DNA from: Aquificaceae bacterium
GTDB lineage: Bacteria; Aquificota; Aquificia; Aquificales; Aquificaceae
DNA length: 64,000 nucleotides
Direction of reading: 5' to 3'
Assembly: GCA_037925075.1 (NCBI GenBank)
Contig: JAXSNR010000001.1
Location: forward strand, 512,001-576,000
How positions within the stretch are numbered: position 1 is the first letter of the stretch; the number at the start of each line of letters is the position of its first letter. Of this stretch, positions 19,599 through 27,939 are shown piece by piece. The notes beneath the pieces were generated by a model, which saw only the letters and a list, made by a program, of their open reading frames with translations, had not been told where the DNA came from and made no database searches. A program made the position numbers and the translations under genes.

Positions 19599-20346
19599 GT
19601 GCATCTCCCACCATTCTACCGTAGAGGGTTTTCTGATAGCCCGGCACTAGGGAAAGGTTTCCCAATTTGATTCTGGGGGCTAAGTTGATTTGTATTAGTT
19701 TGTAATCGGGCTCAAGGAAAAGGTTTTCACCGATTGCTTTTCTCTTGCCGTCTCCGAGACCGATCTGAGCATCCAGAAAGGCTAACAGCTGAAGGTTCTC
19801 CGCTATGTTTATACCACCACCACAGTATGCCCTTATCTGACTTGAAGGGTAACCAAAGTAATACCTATAACCTATACCTGAATCCCAAAACCCCCAATTG
19901 CCAGAGAATCCATACAGAAGACCACCTTCTAACCCAAGCCTTCCATATCCTATACGAGGATTGTTCTTTATAGAATAACCCGTGGGTACTATAATATTTC
20001 CATACAAGGATAAAGAATCACTTTCACCTTTCCTTATATTTCTTATGATTCCCAACTCAAGGTCTGCAAAGCCAGAGTTCTTATCATTTCCACACTTTAA
20101 CCAGCTATATGGCAACTTAAAGGTTGCAGTGTGCCTTTTATCTATTCCATATTCGCCATAAAGTTGTAGCTCCCTTTTCTCAAAAGTACACCCTATGGGT
20201 CTTCTTTTACCATCTTTATCAAAATATTTCGTTGCTTTCTGATAATTGAAGCTTGTTGATATAAATATCTCACCCTCTTGCCTTACCCATGCGGAGGCGT
20301 AAAGTATAGAACTGAAAGTAGCTATCATAAGAAGAACTTTTATCAT
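19564..20346 (-). CDS. Small outer-membrane beta-barrel protein
   Basis: Signal peptide; alternating amphipathic strands rich in G/Y; C-terminal beta-signal FFFNLWYNF. Confidence 0.75.
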   Translation of the reverse strand: MIKVLLMIATFSSILYASAWVRQEGEIFISTSFNYQKATKYFDKDGKRRPIGCTFEKRELQLYGEYGIDKRHTATFKLPYSWLKCGNDKNSGFADLELGIIRNIRKGESDSLSLYGNIIVPTGYSIKNNPRIGYGRLGLEGGLLYGFSGNWGFWDSGIGYRYYFGYPSSQIRAYCGGGINIAENLQLLAFLDAQIGLGDGKRKAIGENLFLEPDYKLIQINLAPRIKLGNLSLVPGYQKTLYGRMVGDAHGFFFNLWYNF

Positions 20347-22298
20347 GTAGCCCTCCTTGTGAGTTTTCTATAAGTGTGTATTAGCAGGTATAGTACGGGT
20401 ATAGAGATAAGTATTATTATTAACAATCTATACTTTACCCAATAATAGCCCAATCCTCTTTCACCTTCATATTTAACCCTCAGCTTTTCTCCCGTTTCAA
20501 AGGAAGCAAGGTAGTTTTCTGCTACCACAGCCACATTACCGTATAAGTTCAAATAGTCATCTATAGAGTATTTATCAGAAAAGGTGGTAATATCAGGATT
20601 ACCGTATGAGCTTACTTTTAGCTCTGGTGAAGAGGCATCTATAAGTGTAAGATAAATAAAGGGTAGTTCATACTTTGCAGAAAAAACTATTTTTCCATTT
20701 GTAGGATCATAAATTTCAAAAAGACCCTTTTTATTGTCTGGTTTTACAAGGCTTATAAAGTAATCATAATTCCCATCTTTTTTATCTGTAAGCTGAATTA
20801 GATTTATGTTTTTATTCATCTCAGTAAGCGAGTTTAAAAGCTTGGCCGCAAAAGGTATTAGCTTTTTATCTTCTATATAAATTCCTACTTTACCGTTAAC
20901 CATCTTGAAAAAGTCTGCTATTGTCCTCACCCTTTTGCTTACACTATTCCAGTAAAAATATGAATCGTCAAATACTGTAAGTACAGATTGTGTAATCGCA
21001 CCAAAGCAATTGTCTGAAGAGGTAAAATTAACCAAGTTTACTACAAGGGTATTATGGCCATAGGAAAGTTCTTGAGTGGGTATTTTTATATCAAGGCTTT
21101 TGGTCCCATAACCTTCAAGGGGTAACGTTTTTATAAGTGTTTCATTTAGGTATACTCTTAGCTCCATCTTATCCTTTTGATGGACAGGGGTGTGGGCAAA
21201 ATTTAGTCTTAGGTAAAGTGTATCTGGCATTCCCCCAAAAGAAGCTAAGTTAAGGGGTATGTAAAAAGAGAGGTTTGCCATACCCTTTACGCTGGAAGTT
21301 CTAATACCTAACTCTCTGATGGAGATTTCCCTATACTTAGTGGTTTCTCTTTCTGTCATCTGGTTTATTTTTACAGATTTGCCAAATATAAGAGGCTTAT
21401 AGCCATGCTGCAAAGCTTGAATTAGGGACTTACTAACATACAAAGTTTTCCCTTCAAGCTTATTTATATCCTGCGAGAGCTTTATTACCTTGCAATTATC
21501 CTTTATGCCCCAATGGAAAATAGTGGGAATACTCCTAACCTTGGAAAGGTAATAAACCAGTGGAAGAAGCTCTTCTTCCTCTATGCAAAAATCCCTTTCG
21601 TAGTCTAAGAGAAAGGTAGTTATGTCCTCTGCCTGTTTGTAAGTAAAGGTAATTATACTGTCCGCATGTATAAGAAGATAAGGCTTATCAGAAAAGACAT
21701 CTTCACATATGTTATTAGAAAGTCTTAAATTTCCCTTTATTGAAATCTTTATGTAATCTTTATTCCTTTTTGGTTTTATATCAAGCCTTATGGGTCTACC
21801 CGAATCTTTCATGGTCATTGTGTAGTAAGGTATATCATCCACCAGTACGCTCACAGAAGAATCTTGTCTTAGATATTCAGGTATTGTAAGTCTTAAGTTT
21901 ACTGTTGTCTCTTTTAGGTTCCTATATACGGGAATGTAAAAATCATAAGCTGGGTTTATACCCCTTAAGACCATATCTTCCTTGAGTAAGTTCAATTCTC
22001 TAAAGCCATACTGAACAGTCCTATCAAAAGGTCCCAAGAGGTTTTTTTCTTCTGGTTCGTAGATATTTGTGGGTGAATCCTTGTGCTTCACATTGGGATT
22101 AGTGGGTATGTTTACCTTAGATTTAACAACTCTTTTTTTTTGAACGGTAACTTGAGCTTCCTTTTTTTCCTTTGTCTCTATGTCAGGAAAGAATTCGTCT
22201 AAGTAGGTAAATATATGTAGGGAATCACTAGCAGATACTACTGAGGCACAAAAAAGCAAAAGTGTAGCTAGTCCTAAAAGGAGCACACCGGGTCTCAT
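20343..22298 (-). CDS. BcsB-like periplasmic co-polymerase subunit
   Basis: Signal peptide; two jelly-roll-like repeats (SSVSVLVDD..NNICED; ELRVYLNE..SDNCFG), each with one Cys; single C-terminal TM anchor plus basic tail. Confidence 0.75.
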   Translation of the reverse strand: MRPGVLLLGLATLLLFCASVVSASDSLHIFTYLDEFFPDIETKEKKEAQVTVQKKRVVKSKVNIPTNPNVKHKDSPTNIYEPEEKNLLGPFDRTVQYGFRELNLLKEDMVLRGINPAYDFYIPVYRNLKETTVNLRLTIPEYLRQDSSVSVLVDDIPYYTMTMKDSGRPIRLDIKPKRNKDYIKISIKGNLRLSNNICEDVFSDKPYLLIHADSIITFTYKQAEDITTFLLDYERDFCIEEEELLPLVYYLSKVRSIPTIFHWGIKDNCKVIKLSQDINKLEGKTLYVSKSLIQALQHGYKPLIFGKSVKINQMTERETTKYREISIRELGIRTSSVKGMANLSFYIPLNLASFGGMPDTLYLRLNFAHTPVHQKDKMELRVYLNETLIKTLPLEGYGTKSLDIKIPTQELSYGHNTLVVNLVNFTSSDNCFGAITQSVLTVFDDSYFYWNSVSKRVRTIADFFKMVNGKVGIYIEDKKLIPFAAKLLNSLTEMNKNINLIQLTDKKDGNYDYFISLVKPDNKKGLFEIYDPTNGKIVFSAKYELPFIYLTLIDASSPELKVSSYGNPDITTFSDKYSIDDYLNLYGNVAVVAENYLASFETGEKLRVKYEGERGLGYYWVKYRLLIIILISIPVLYLLIHTYRKLTRRAT

Positions 22299-22307
22299 GT
22301 TCTTTTA

Positions 22308-22340
22308 ATTGTAGCATAAACTAAGTGAAGAATTAGTGAA
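22308..22340 (-). promoter_or_regulatory. Putative promoter of the polysaccharide operon with an upstream direct repeat
   Basis: Extended -10 TGcTACAAT (22308-22316) 9 nt before ATG 22298; TTCACT twice at 11-bp period (22324-22329, 22335-22340). Confidence 0.45.
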
Positions 22341-22514
22341 TCCCTCAACATGACACTTGAAACTACTATTTAGGGCAAAGTAAAACAGTATAGAAATGCC
22401 ACAGAAGGCTCAAGCCCTAATTTTTCATCTGACCTTTAGATATAACCTACATTTTTCACCTGCCAAATCCTGCCCATATTTTTTCATGCTCGTATGTATA
22501 ATATTAGACTTATA

Positions 22515-22586
22515 GGGCGATTAGCTCAGAGGTAGAGCGCCATCCTCACAAGATGGAGGTCGGAGGTTCGAGTCCTCCATCGCCCA
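22515..22586 (+). tRNA. tRNA-Val (CAC), CCA not encoded
   Basis: GGGCGAT/ATCGCCC acceptor stem; anticodon arm CCATC-CT CAC AA-GATGG; T-loop GTTCGAGTC. Confidence 0.95.
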
Positions 22587-22626
22587 TTATGTAGAAAACC
22601 TAAGATTGTTGCATACTTTTAATAAT

Positions 22627-24069
22627 ATGAGCCTAAAAGAGAGCCTTCTTAAGGTCTCTGAGTTTGTGTATAAACTTCCTGAAAATACACTGCACGGACA
22701 AAAGGTCCCGGTCTACTTCTACCTTAGCGATAGGCTTTTTGAACTTCTTGAAGAAGACGCCATAAGGCAGGCGGGCAACGCTGCAACCTTGCCCGGTGTG
22801 GAAAAGGCCATATACGTGATGCCTGATGTGCATGTGGGTTATGGATTTCCCGTGGGTGGTGTGATGGCAACGGACACAGAAAAAGGCATAATAAGCCCGG
22901 GTTCTATAGGGTACGACATAAACTGTGGAGTTAGGTTAATAGCCACAAACCTAACCGCGGACATGGTTCAACCCATAAGAAGGGAGCTTATGCAAGAGAT
23001 ACTCAAGAATGTACCTGCAGGTGTGGGGTCCACTGGCAAGCTAAAGCTTTCAAAGGAAGAGCTTTCGGAGGTTGCCATTAAAGGAGCAAGGTGGGCCATA
23101 GAAAGGGGCTTTGGCTTTGAGGAGGACCTCAAGCACATAGAGAGCGGTGGAGCTCTTCCTGACGCTGACCCTTCAAAGGTTTCGGATTTTGCCTTTCAAA
23201 GAGGCTCTGATGAGCTTGGCACTGTGGGCTCTGGCAATCACTTTGTGGAATTGCAGTATATGGATGAGGTGTATGATGAAGAGGTGGCCCAGAAGTTAGG
23301 GCTAAGGGTTGGGCAAGTTACCATAATGGTCCATTCGGGTTCAAGGGGCTTTGGACATCAGGTATGCGTAGACTACCTAAAGATTGCAAAAGATGCTCTC
23401 AAAAAATACAACATAGAGATACCAGACATGCAACTTGCCTGCATGCCCTTTGGCTCTCCTGAGGGACAGGATTACTTTAAGGCCATGAACGCCGCCGCCA
23501 ACTATGCCTTTGCCAACAGACAGATACTGGGCTACCTGACCGCGGATACCGTTAGAAAATTTCTAAGTCTATCTTGGGAAGAGTTTGGCTACAGGCTCAT
23601 ATACGACCTTGCCCACAATATAGGGAAGGTTGAAGAGCATAGGGTGGACAATAAAAGGAAAAACCTTCTTGTGCATCGCAAGGGTGCAACCAGGGCTTTT
23701 CCGCCATACAACCCACACATTCCCCCTGCTTACAGAGAGATTGGTCAGCCCGTCCTACTTCCTGGAGATGTGGGAAGGTATTCCTTTCTTCTTGTGGGCC
23801 AAGAAAACAGCATGCATATGAGCTTCGGAAGTGCCTGCCATGGAGCCGGGAGGCTCATGTCAAGGACAAAGGCAAAGGAGTTTGTCAAGAGAGAAGGGTT
23901 TGAAAAGGTGCTTGGCGGTCTTGTGGTGGTAGCAAGGGGCAAAGGAACTGTGGCGGAGGAAATTCCACAGGCTTACAAGGATGTTTCGGAGGTTGCCTAC
24001 GTGGTTCATTCCTTGGGTATTGCAAAGCTGGTGGCAAGGTTCAAACCTTTAGGCACTTTAAAGGGTTAA
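22627..24069 (+). CDS. rtcB: RNA ligase RtcB
   Basis: MPDVHVGYGFPVGG, GYDINCG, GSGNHF, HSGSRG, AHN, HRKGAT, HGAGR. Confidence 0.95.
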   Translation: MSLKESLLKVSEFVYKLPENTLHGQKVPVYFYLSDRLFELLEEDAIRQAGNAATLPGVEKAIYVMPDVHVGYGFPVGGVMATDTEKGIISPGSIGYDINCGVRLIATNLTADMVQPIRRELMQEILKNVPAGVGSTGKLKLSKEELSEVAIKGARWAIERGFGFEEDLKHIESGGALPDADPSKVSDFAFQRGSDELGTVGSGNHFVELQYMDEVYDEEVAQKLGLRVGQVTIMVHSGSRGFGHQVCVDYLKIAKDALKKYNIEIPDMQLACMPFGSPEGQDYFKAMNAAANYAFANRQILGYLTADTVRKFLSLSWEEFGYRLIYDLAHNIGKVEEHRVDNKRKNLLVHRKGATRAFPPYNPHIPPAYREIGQPVLLPGDVGRYSFLLVGQENSMHMSFGSACHGAGRLMSRTKAKEFVKREGFEKVLGGLVVVARGKGTVAEEIPQAYKDVSEVAYVVHSLGIAKLVARFKPLGTLKG

Positions 24070-24099
24070 GTGTTATAATAAAAAGCTCTGGAGGAACTA

Positions 24100-25665
24100 A
24101 TGGGTGAGTTTGAAAAGCTTTTTGAAAAGAGTCTTAAACTGAAGGAAATAAAAAGAGGTGAGGTAATAAAGGGAAGGGTTGTAAAGGTAGAGGACAGAAA
24201 CATATACGTGGATATAGGTTATAAAGTAGAGGGCATAGTACCAAGGGAAGAAGTGCCCGACGCAAAGGTGGGAGATGAGCTAAAGGCGGTGGTCATAAGG
24301 TTTACAAAGGGTGGTTCTCCCATACTTTCCTACAGAAGATACCTTGAGGATAAGCTTATAGGTTTTCTAAAGTCTTGTTATGAAAAGGGCAGGTTTATAA
24401 CTGGTACAGTTGTGGGTAAAAGTGAGGATGGTTATGTAGTGGATGTGAGCGGTCTGAAGGTGTTCCTTCCTATGGAGGAAGCCCTCAAAAACCTCAGAGA
24501 AGGCAAAAAGATAGTGGCAAAGATAACAGAACTCAAAAAAGAGGAGGATGGTCTTAAGATTGTATTGTCTCAGAAGGATTACATAAAATCTCAGGAGGAA
24601 AAGAAAAGGGCAAGGCTTCTCTCTAAGATAAAGTTGGGAGATGTAATAGAGGGTAAAGTGATAAAGATAAACCCAGACAAGGGCATAACCTTGCTGGTGG
24701 GTAATGCGCTTAGGGCATTCCTTCCCCTTGAAGAGCTAAGTTGGGGAAGAGATAGAAACCCATACAACTACGCAGAGATTGATGAAAGGCTGAGGGTAAA
24801 GGTAAAGAGGATACCAAAGGATGGGCAGTTTATATTTGTAAGCCTCAAGGAGATGAAGGAAAACCCATGGCAAAAGGCAGAGCAGAGCATACAGAAGGGC
24901 CAAGTGGTAAAGGGAAAGGTTGTAGAGGTAAGGGAAAACGGGCTCATCCTTGAGGTCATGGAGGGTGTAGAGGGCTTTGTGCCAAGGGAAGATATATCTT
25001 ATGATGGTAGCACCTTCAAAAAGGGCGATAGGGTATCCGCTCAGGTGCTCGACTTTGACCCAAAAAGACATAAGCTGGTTCTTAGCATAAAGAGAACCCT
25101 TCCCAAACCATGGGAGGAGTTTATAAAGGAACATCCAGCTGGCAGTAGAGTGGTTGGAACTGTGGAAAGGATAGAAGGTGCAAAGGCCATAATAAGCCTC
25201 GAAAAAGGTGTGCAGGGCATCATTCATAGAAGCGACCTTGCTTGGATAAAGCCCGGAAGAGTGGAGGATGTTCTTCAGGTGGGTCAATCCTTAGAGTTTG
25301 CAGTGCTGGGCCTCGAAGGCAGGTTTGTAAAACTGGGTCTTAAACAGCTTACGGAAAATCCTTGGGAGAGAATCCTTGGAAATTACAAAGTTGGTGACAA
25401 GGTGAAGCTCCATGTCAAAAGCGTACATCCCTTTGGTGCCTTTTTGCAGTTTCCAGAAGGTGTAGATGGGCTTCTACCCATATCGGAGATACCAAAGGAT
25501 TTGAAGCTTCAAGAAGGTCAAGAGGTAGAAGCAAGGATAATAGAGCTCACTCAAGATAAGATCACCTTCAGCATGAAGGAGGAAGAAAAGAAGGAGGAGA
25601 TAATAACAACCTCTGAAAAAGGCTTTACACTTGGCGACATACTCAAGAAGAAAATGAAAATATGA
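24100..25665 (+). CDS. rpsA: 30S ribosomal protein S1
   Basis: About six S1 repeats, with NPW/KPW linkers and LSIK/LGLKQL ends. Confidence 0.85.
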   Translation: MGEFEKLFEKSLKLKEIKRGEVIKGRVVKVEDRNIYVDIGYKVEGIVPREEVPDAKVGDELKAVVIRFTKGGSPILSYRRYLEDKLIGFLKSCYEKGRFITGTVVGKSEDGYVVDVSGLKVFLPMEEALKNLREGKKIVAKITELKKEEDGLKIVLSQKDYIKSQEEKKRARLLSKIKLGDVIEGKVIKINPDKGITLLVGNALRAFLPLEELSWGRDRNPYNYAEIDERLRVKVKRIPKDGQFIFVSLKEMKENPWQKAEQSIQKGQVVKGKVVEVRENGLILEVMEGVEGFVPREDISYDGSTFKKGDRVSAQVLDFDPKRHKLVLSIKRTLPKPWEEFIKEHPAGSRVVGTVERIEGAKAIISLEKGVQGIIHRSDLAWIKPGRVEDVLQVGQSLEFAVLGLEGRFVKLGLKQLTENPWERILGNYKVGDKVKLHVKSVHPFGAFLQFPEGVDGLLPISEIPKDLKLQEGQEVEARIIELTQDKITFSMKEEEKKEEIITTSEKGFTLGDILKKKMKI

Positions 25666-25904
25666 AAAAGAAAACACTCGTTGAAAGGCTTTATGAAGGA
25701 TACTTTCATATTTACTCAAAGAAAAAAATCTACAGGATGGTAAACTTTCTGATAGACAAGATGAAAGAGGGCATAGATTCCGAAGATGGTTTGAAGATCT
25801 CAGGCTTTGGCAGTTTCAGAAAGAAGGGGAAACGCATCTTGTTTAGACCGAGTAGAAGACTCATATACAGGTTGAAAAGTGAGGCCAAAAGGTCTAAAAT
25901 GTAG
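25662..25904 (+). CDS. HU/IHF-family DNA-binding protein lacking the beta-arm
   Basis: MKKKTLVE..LKISGFGSF..ILFRPSRRL; follows rpsA as ihfB does elsewhere. Confidence 0.7.
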   Translation: MKKKTLVERLYEGYFHIYSKKKIYRMVNFLIDKMKEGIDSEDGLKISGFGSFRKKGKRILFRPSRRLIYRLKSEAKRSKM

Positions 25905-25910
25905 AGTTAA

Positions 25911-25983
25911 CGGGGTGTGGCGCAGGCGGAAGCGCGCTGGCATGGGGGGCCAGAGGTCACGGGTTCAAGTCCCGTCACCCCGA
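25911..25983 (+). tRNA. tRNA-Pro (GGG), CCA not encoded
   Basis: CGGGGTG/CACCCCG acceptor stem; CTGGC-AT GGG GG-GCCAG anticodon arm; GTTCAAGTC. Confidence 0.95.
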
Positions 25984-26006
25984 TTTTTGAAATAGGGAGG
26001 TAGGAT

Positions 26007-26645
26007 ATGGTCATACTTGTGGAGCCTGTGGAGAGGGATATGGAATCTCTTGTTCTTAGGGTATTTCTAAAGTCCATTGATGTGCTTGGTGGTCTTTCAA
26101 AGCTGGCAGAATACAAAACTCTTACATGGCTTCCTTCCCTTGCTAGAGCTGTCTACTGCGTGGTCCTAAGGGAAGAGTACTTCAAAACAGACAGGGAGAT
26201 AGCGGAAAAGGTGGGTCTTACCGTCCAAACGATCAGAAACATCCTAAGGGCGGAACCCTCCACAGCCTTGGAAAAGTTAAGGAGGATAGAAGAACTCATT
26301 GAAGAAGAGAAAAAGGAACTAAAGGTTCACACCGCGGGGGGAATTGCAAAGCTCGCCTATAAATTGGTAAAGGAAGGGCACGAAGAGCCCCAGGTATTTC
26401 TTCAGTACTGTGAAAGGGTTGCCTATGCTCTTGATATTCCTTGGGCTTACATGGTACTTAAGAGGCTAAAAGGTACAGACTTCCCCATAAAGTCTGCGGA
26501 TGCTGTGGCGGAGAGGCTTGAGGGTGTATACATAAAGGGTAGGACCGCAAAGGAAGTGCTCCAGGAGCTTGAATATCCCATAAAGAACCCAGCAGAGCTA
26601 CTTCATAGGATAAAGGAAAACCTCAAAATGCACGGGCTGGAGTGA
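26007..26645 (+). CDS. HTH regulatory protein of the 'near-KaiC' type with C-terminal MTH865-like domain
   Basis: LGGL.KL.EY.TLTWLPSLARA, HTH (TDREIAEKVGLTVQTIRNIL), HTAGGIAKLAY; C-terminal DFPIKS..EYPIKNPAEL. Confidence 0.65.
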   Translation: MVILVEPVERDMESLVLRVFLKSIDVLGGLSKLAEYKTLTWLPSLARAVYCVVLREEYFKTDREIAEKVGLTVQTIRNILRAEPSTALEKLRRIEELIEEEKKELKVHTAGGIAKLAYKLVKEGHEEPQVFLQYCERVAYALDIPWAYMVLKRLKGTDFPIKSADAVAERLEGVYIKGRTAKEVLQELEYPIKNPAELLHRIKENLKMHGLE

Positions 26646-26646
26646 T

Positions 26647-27708
26647 TTAGTCTTTGAGTATCCTCTTTTCGTATATAAGGGCAAGGGTGAATAGGGTGGT
26701 AAATACTATAGGTCCAAGGAATATGCCCACAAAGCCAAAGGTTAATAAACCACCCACTATGGAGAAGAAAAGCACTATGTAGGGCATGCTTATGCCCATT
26801 TTCATTATCAAAGGTCTTAATAAATTGTCTATAGCTGATATAACAAGCATGCCGTAGATGAACATAAAAGCTCCAGCGTATATGCCTTTAGTGGCAAGTG
26901 CATAAACCGCCACGGGAAACCAGACAAAGCCCGCACCAAAGGGTGGTATAAAACTACTTATAAAGGTGGCTATGGCAAGAAGTACCGCATAGTCTATGCC
27001 TACTAATTTGTACCCCAAGAAGCCTACCGCACCTTGGGCTATAGCCACACCTATGGAGCCATAAACGGTGGCGAGCACTGTCTTGTATATGGTAATGGAA
27101 ACCTGCTCCATATCTTCCCTATGCATGGGAAGAAACCGGTTCACAAATCTTACAAACTTTGGGCCGTCCCTGAGGATGAAAAAAAGGGTGAGCAAAAACA
27201 CAAAGGTCTTGAAGATAAAACTCCCCACCGCAGGAACTATGGAAGTCGCAAGGTCAAGCCCCCTTTGAAGAAGGTTTCTCAGACCACTTATGAGAACGCT
27301 TTTAAACTCTTCAGATTCCGCGTATGCAATGAAGCCTTTTATTTCCTGCTCTGTAAAAAGTTTTTTGAGAAGAGGGCTTTCAAGCACGCCTTTAATCAGA
27401 TCCATGTAAGAGTTGTTCTGCGTAAAAACTACCGCAAAATGGAGTAGCTCTATGGACTGTCTTACCGCCATAGTAAGCACTAAACTAAAGGGTACCACCA
27501 CCAATATAAGAACCAACAGGGTAAGCAAAAGTGCAGAAGGTGTGTTGCCTATTCTCTTTGAAAGCTTCATGTGTATGGGATACAGAACCAAGGAAAATAT
27601 AGCAGCCCAGAGCAGGGGCTTTAAAAAGGGCAAAAGCATGCTAAAGGCAAGAAATACAAAAAAGCCCGTCAATGCAAGTAGGAAATACAAAAAGATTTTT
27701 TCCCTCAC
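26647..27708 (-). CDS. AI-2E family transporter
   Basis: LFFILRDG, AQG, IPPFG, IDNLLRP, GGLLTFGFVGIFLGP. Confidence 0.9.
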   Translation of the reverse strand: MREKIFLYFLLALTGFFVFLAFSMLLPFLKPLLWAAIFSLVLYPIHMKLSKRIGNTPSALLLTLLVLILVVVPFSLVLTMAVRQSIELLHFAVVFTQNNSYMDLIKGVLESPLLKKLFTEQEIKGFIAYAESEEFKSVLISGLRNLLQRGLDLATSIVPAVGSFIFKTFVFLLTLFFILRDGPKFVRFVNRFLPMHREDMEQVSITIYKTVLATVYGSIGVAIAQGAVGFLGYKLVGIDYAVLLAIATFISSFIPPFGAGFVWFPVAVYALATKGIYAGAFMFIYGMLVISAIDNLLRPLIMKMGISMPYIVLFFSIVGGLLTFGFVGIFLGPIVFTTLFTLALIYEKRILKD

Positions 27709-27726
27709 AGGACTAAATTATAAGTT

Positions 27727-27939
27727 ATGGAAAACTGTCCAAAATGTGGTAGTTTGCTTGAAGTCATAGAATGCTGTGGTGGAGGGATATTTAGGTGTGA
27801 GGGTTGTGGAGAGTATTACTTTTATGGAGAGCTCATAGAGTTTCAAAAAAGCTTTGAGGGGGCCGTTTCAAAAGCTCAAGGGCAACATCCCTCGGAGGAT
27901 AACCTTCAACCACAACCCTATAGACCGCAGTGCTTATAG
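27727..27939 (+). CDS. Possible small zinc-ribbon protein (3' half antisense to gpsA)
   Basis: CPKC-x7-CC-x6-CEGC lies in otherwise intergenic DNA; TAAATT 7 nt upstream of the ATG. Confidence 0.5.
   Translation: MENCPKCGSLLEVIECCGGGIFRCEGCGEYYFYGELIEFQKSFEGAVSKAQGQHPSEDNLQPQPYRPQCL

Noticed and set aside
22133..22141. A9 tract in the BcsB-like gene as a phase-variation switch
   Set aside because: In frame, and similar A-runs occur in housekeeping genes such as recA
22299..22586. EPS island as a tRNA-integrated mobile element
   Set aside because: The island lies on the 5' side of tRNA-Val; no integrase or transposase, and no duplicated tRNA fragment seen at the other end
25907..26116. 69-aa minus-strand ORF
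   Set aside because: Antisense shadow of tRNA-Pro and the next gene
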